DNA from: a virus
IMG/VR virus record: IMGVR_UViG_3300025437_000010
Location: 32,001 to 96,000 of that record
Strand: one strand, 5' to 3'
DNA: 64,000 nucleotides
In this document: piece by piece, positions 62,871 through 64,000 of the stretch
How positions within the stretch are numbered: position 1 is the stretch's first letter
Layout of the letters: every line of letters begins with the position of its first letter
Notes under the pieces: model-generated
Told to the model about the DNA's origin: nothing
Databases searched by the model: none
What the model saw: only the letters and a program-made list of their open reading frames with translations
Program-made: the position numbers and the translations under genes

Positions 62871-64000
62871 ATGAGAGCATCCGACTTTGAAATCCACAAC
62901 TACAAAAAGCTGGACAAAATCCTTCTCAAATTGTGTGAGATGGTCATAGAGGAACACCATGATAATCCCGAGATGGATGGTCTTGTTGGTGCAGCCGTCC
63001 TTGATCCAAAAAACAACATCGTCACTGGCATAAGCACTAAATCAGATGACAAGTGGATTCATGCTGAACGTGAAGCCTTAAATAAATATGAAGCCAAATA
63101 TGGCAAAGTTCCAGAAGGTAGCATTATTGTTACCACATTAAGCCCATGCAATGATACTATGCATGATAGATATAGTGAAAGTTGCACTGATCTAATTAAT
63201 GCGAGTCCTGTTAAAAAAGTATACTGTGGATACACTGATCCAACACAAACTAAAAATCAACGTAAATTTACACAGTTAGAAACTGGAAACAGAAAAATCA
63301 GGGAAATTTGTATGAGGATTTCAGAAATATTTTTGAAAAACAAAAATGACTTTATTAAAGAATCGCCAGAGCTTGATGAAATGGCGTTACAGCAGTTTAC
63401 TCCGTTAGGTGACTTTGAAAAGCCGGGACCATTCAGAGGCGTTGATAAGCGTTTAGTTCCTCATCCAAAAAATCAATTGAAAGCTGTTAAGTTTTTTGAG
63501 AAAACTCCTTATGATTTCAGACTATTCTTTAGTAATATTCCCGGAACTGGTAAATATGCTGAAATTGGCTCAGTAAGCCCCGAACAGCTAAAGAAAATGT
63601 TTGGCGACCAAGCGCAACCAATCTTAGATGGGAGTGTTGATGCTATCACTGTGGTGTTTGTAGGTAACAGTGGTGATGCGAAAGTAATGATGACACCATG
63701 GATTATGGCACATAGATTCGGGCATGCTGTTCAGGCAGGAAGCAGAAATAATAGAAACTGGAACGTTTGGACTGAAGCGGAAAAGCACTTCTTTAGTTCC
63801 GTTAATAACATGCTTGAACAATATTATGGAAAACTTCGTAACAAAAATCTTGATTTTGCAAACCGCTCAGCAGTTAAGTGGGACATGACACCAGAATATA
63901 ATGCCTTGTTTAACGCAATTGGCACTCAACGTAGCAGTCGGACTGGCCAAATTCGTCGTCCATATGAATTCCTGTATGAATTGTTTGCTCAGTATTTAGG
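62871..64000 (+). CDS. 3'-partial protein: CDA-type deaminase domain plus zincin-like (HRxxH) domain
   Basis: My translation, open to the window end: HAE...SPC...C, linker FIKESPELDE, then AHRFGH...E..YE.FAQY. Confidence 0.75.
   Translation, partial: MRASDFEIHNYKKLDKILLKLCEMVIEEHHDNPEMDGLVGAAVLDPKNNIVTGISTKSDDKWIHAEREALNKYEAKYGKVPEGSIIVTTLSPCNDTMHDRYSESCTDLINASPVKKVYCGYTDPTQTKNQRKFTQLETGNRKIREICMRISEIFLKNKNDFIKESPELDEMALQQFTPLGDFEKPGPFRGVDKRLVPHPKNQLKAVKFFEKTPYDFRLFFSNIPGTGKYAEIGSVSPEQLKKMFGDQAQPILDGSVDAITVVFVGNSGDAKVMMTPWIMAHRFGHAVQAGSRNNRNWNVWTEAEKHFFSSVNNMLEQYYGKLRNKNLDFANRSAVKWDMTPEYNALFNAIGTQRSSRTGQIRRPYEFLYELFAQYL

Noticed and set aside
1-64000. Genome-wide TAG reassignment
   Set aside because: TAG stops are rare, but all long conserved genes are intact in the standard code, and readthrough at 56832 would break the DxH motif rather than restore it.

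Overview
This is an AT-rich, densely coded, almost entirely + strand window from a large T4-like (jumbo) myophage genome. A proteobacterial host is inferred from the ClpX/ClpP/ClpS/GuaC types and a ROSE-like element. Contents: (i) late-promoter (TAAATA) genes whose N-termini resemble the T4 capsid-targeting sequence, several built as multi-enzyme polyproteins with (L/I)-x-E linkers; (ii) a CsgF-CsgG-curlin-like-FecR-CHASE2/adenylate cyclase operon; (iii) a family B DNA polymerase split by a free-standing HNH gene and also interrupted by a 280-nt group I intron, plus clamp, 5'-3' exonuclease and ligase; (iv) a ClpX-Hsp20-ClpS-ClpP cluster, GuaC, dCMP deaminase, IF-1, SOD and an R-M pair; (v) arrays of small sigma70-promoter ORFs, including four dispersed 23-aa-repeat paralogues, a family sharing a C-terminal F-x-L-[RK]-[WY] motif and a duplicated micropeptide. 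The most unusual local signal is a metallophosphoesterase whose catalytic D-L-H motif is restored only by a CTT-TAG-CTC ribosomal stop-hop next to a strong hairpin, downstream of an inverted GIY-YIG insertion. I saw no tRNA, rRNA, CRISPR array or reverse transcriptase. All product calls come from motif recognition, not database searches.
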